A stretch of 64,000 nucleotides of DNA from the NCBI GenBank assembly GCA_013265495.1, contig MU058065.1, forward strand, positions 496,001-560,000. Direction: 5' to 3'. Source of the DNA: Vicugna vicugna (lineage: Eukaryota). The translations under genes were made by a program, and so were the position numbers. Under the pieces are notes generated by a model, which saw only the letters and a program-made list of their open reading frames with translations, was not told the DNA's origin and ran no database searches. Positions 62,463-64,000 of the stretch are shown here, piece after piece; the first letter of the stretch is position 1; every line of letters starts with the position of its first letter.

Positions 62463-62924
62463 CTGTAATTTAGCAAATTCAAAAGCAATCAATAATGGCA
62501 GGAGTTATCCCAGTGTGTTGGGAAATTACTCTTCTTGTTTTCCATCTTGGCTGTCCCTGCAGTTGATTAGAGATGGCAGGTGACACTGACCTGGGTCGTG
62601 TGTGCTGAGGGATGATAAAGGCTGGGAGCAAAGCCCTCCCTTTTTGCCTTGGCAGGCCTTTCCCTCTACATCACCATGGCTCCAACTTGTGTTTTTAGAG
62701 GAGAATTTTAGGTGAAAGCAACAAGTCTGAGGTTACAGCCAATACTGAATCGGGAGGAATTACAGTAGCAACGGCGACTTCTGCTCAGGTAATTCTCAAA
62801 TGTCAGCTGGACATTTGCTCAGGGCAGGTGGTCTCAAAGATTTGGCTTACAGTATATTTTTTCAACTCTTGAGGAAACTGGAGAAGCTGCCAAAAATAAG
62901 ACAAGACTAAGAATTAAGCTCTCT

Positions 62925-63085
62925 CGACAGCTGACCAACTACTTTCTATGTGCTGATAACTAAGCCATTTCATGTCTCACAGCCTTCCTTTTCTCACGTG
63001 TAAGTTGGTACCTGTCTTGCTGGCCTCAGGGAAGTCTCATGAGCTTAGATGAGAGAATACTTACAAAAGTCTTTTTAACAGCTAC
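62925..63085 (+). mobile_element. MIR SINE
   Basis: agctgaccaactac...agccttccttttctcacgtgtaagttgg...tagatgagagaatacttacaaaagtc. Confidence 0.6.
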
Positions 63086-63476
63086 CAAAGAATGTGCAGG
63101 TTACAACTATATTAACAGCTAATTTGAATTCATTGATCTAGAAAACATCTCTGAAAAAGCCAAGAAAGCATAAATTCGCAGGTGGACTAAACCATTTGAA
63201 CTTTTGAACAGTGTCTACTCACCTCCACTGTAAAGATTCAGTCTCTGTCTTTGGGTCTTAAACGCAAGAAGTACATGAGGCCTTAAATAAAAACAAGGAT
63301 ACCCTGGCCAGATCCCTTATGATTCAAAGTCAGTGCATTGCACAGTTCTGGTGATTCTGGGGAAGAGGTCAGCATGAAGTAGGGCTGCCCTCCGTGCTCG
63401 TGCAGAGCATCCTAGCATTTAGAGTGTTGGCCTTCGGGTGAGCGGCGCCGCTTACTACTCATGTACCTTTGGGCCA

Positions 63477-63822
63477 TGTTATGGACTGCGTGTTTGGGTC
63501 CCACTGAAGTTCGTATATGGAAGCCCTAATTCCCCATGTGATGGGGGAGACAGGGTCTTTGGCAGGTACTTAGGGTGGAGCCCTTATGATGGGATTAATG
63601 TTTTTCTAAGAAACAGGAGAGCTTGCTTTCTCTTTCTGCTCTCAGCCATGTGCACATACAACTAGAAGACTGCTTTCTGTAAGTCAAGAAGAGGGCTCAC
63701 ATTTGAACCAGACCATGCTGGCACCCTGATCTTGAACTTCCAGACACCAGAAGGGTGAGAAATAAATTTTTGTTGTTCCAGCCACCCAGTTTATGACTAT
63801 AGCAGCCCACACAAACTAAAAT
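63477..63822 (+). mobile_element. MaLR LTR (MLT1A0-like)
   Basis: tgttatggactgcgtgtttgggtccc...gggtggagcccttatgatgggattaatg...gtgagaaataaatttttgttg...gccacccagtttatg...tatagcagccc. Confidence 0.93.
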
Positions 63823-63837
63823 GGGCAAGTTTCTTCA

Positions 63838-64000
63838 TTGTCCATTCATTCATCATTCGTTCATTCAATATTTATTAAGTTTCTATTAGATGGTAGATAC
63901 TGGCGTAGGCACTGGGGATAAAGTCAACCAGACTGAAATACTCCTTCCTCCTGAAACTCTGATGCTAGTGATAGGAAGGCAGACCATAAGCAAATAAAAT
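63838..64000 (-). mobile_element. L2 3' end (runs off window)
   Basis: cattcattcatcattcgttcattcaatatttattaag...aggcactggggataaag. Confidence 0.8.

Noticed and set aside
1-64000. CRISPR arrays, rRNA, snRNA/Y-RNA copies, known conserved miRNAs, prokaryotic or phage systems
   Set aside because: I saw no repeat-spacer periodicity, no operon-like gene density and no match to the RNA sequences I could recall; the DNA is plainly mammalian non-coding. A formal Rfam/miRBase scan was not possible.

Overview
This is mammalian nuclear DNA, most likely from a camelid (alpaca, llama or camel). The evidence is a tRNA-derived Vic-1-like SINE at 5117-5274 and camelid-type L1 3' ends at about 46.5 and 54.5 kb. 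The window is AT-rich intronic or intergenic sequence from a draft assembly with four N-gaps. It is dense in old interspersed repeats: MIR, L2, L1M, MLT1/ERVL LTRs, and hAT and mariner MITEs (MER3, MER5A, MER20, MER53, MER58, MER81, MADE2). It also holds one ~2 kb L1 ORF2 (reverse transcriptase) fragment and several microsatellites. I recognise no protein-coding gene; the listed ORFs are random, repeat-derived or gap-spanning, apart from L1 ORF2 pieces. There is no CRISPR array, rRNA, true tRNA or prokaryote-type system, and I cannot support a claim of a new biological system. The best leads are: (1) a CCAAT/CACCC/TATA promoter-like module at ~10.0 kb with a candidate first exon, (2) a well-defined 246-nt exon at 14124-14369 whose 5' splice site could be sequestered in a hairpin, (3) a set of small antisense exon candidates, (4) a 437-bp tandem duplication with oddly clustered differences, and (5) two CpG-rich patches, one inside an ancient L2. 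Repeat family names come from my recall of consensus sequences, their boundaries are approximate, and all need RepeatMasker/Dfam confirmation.
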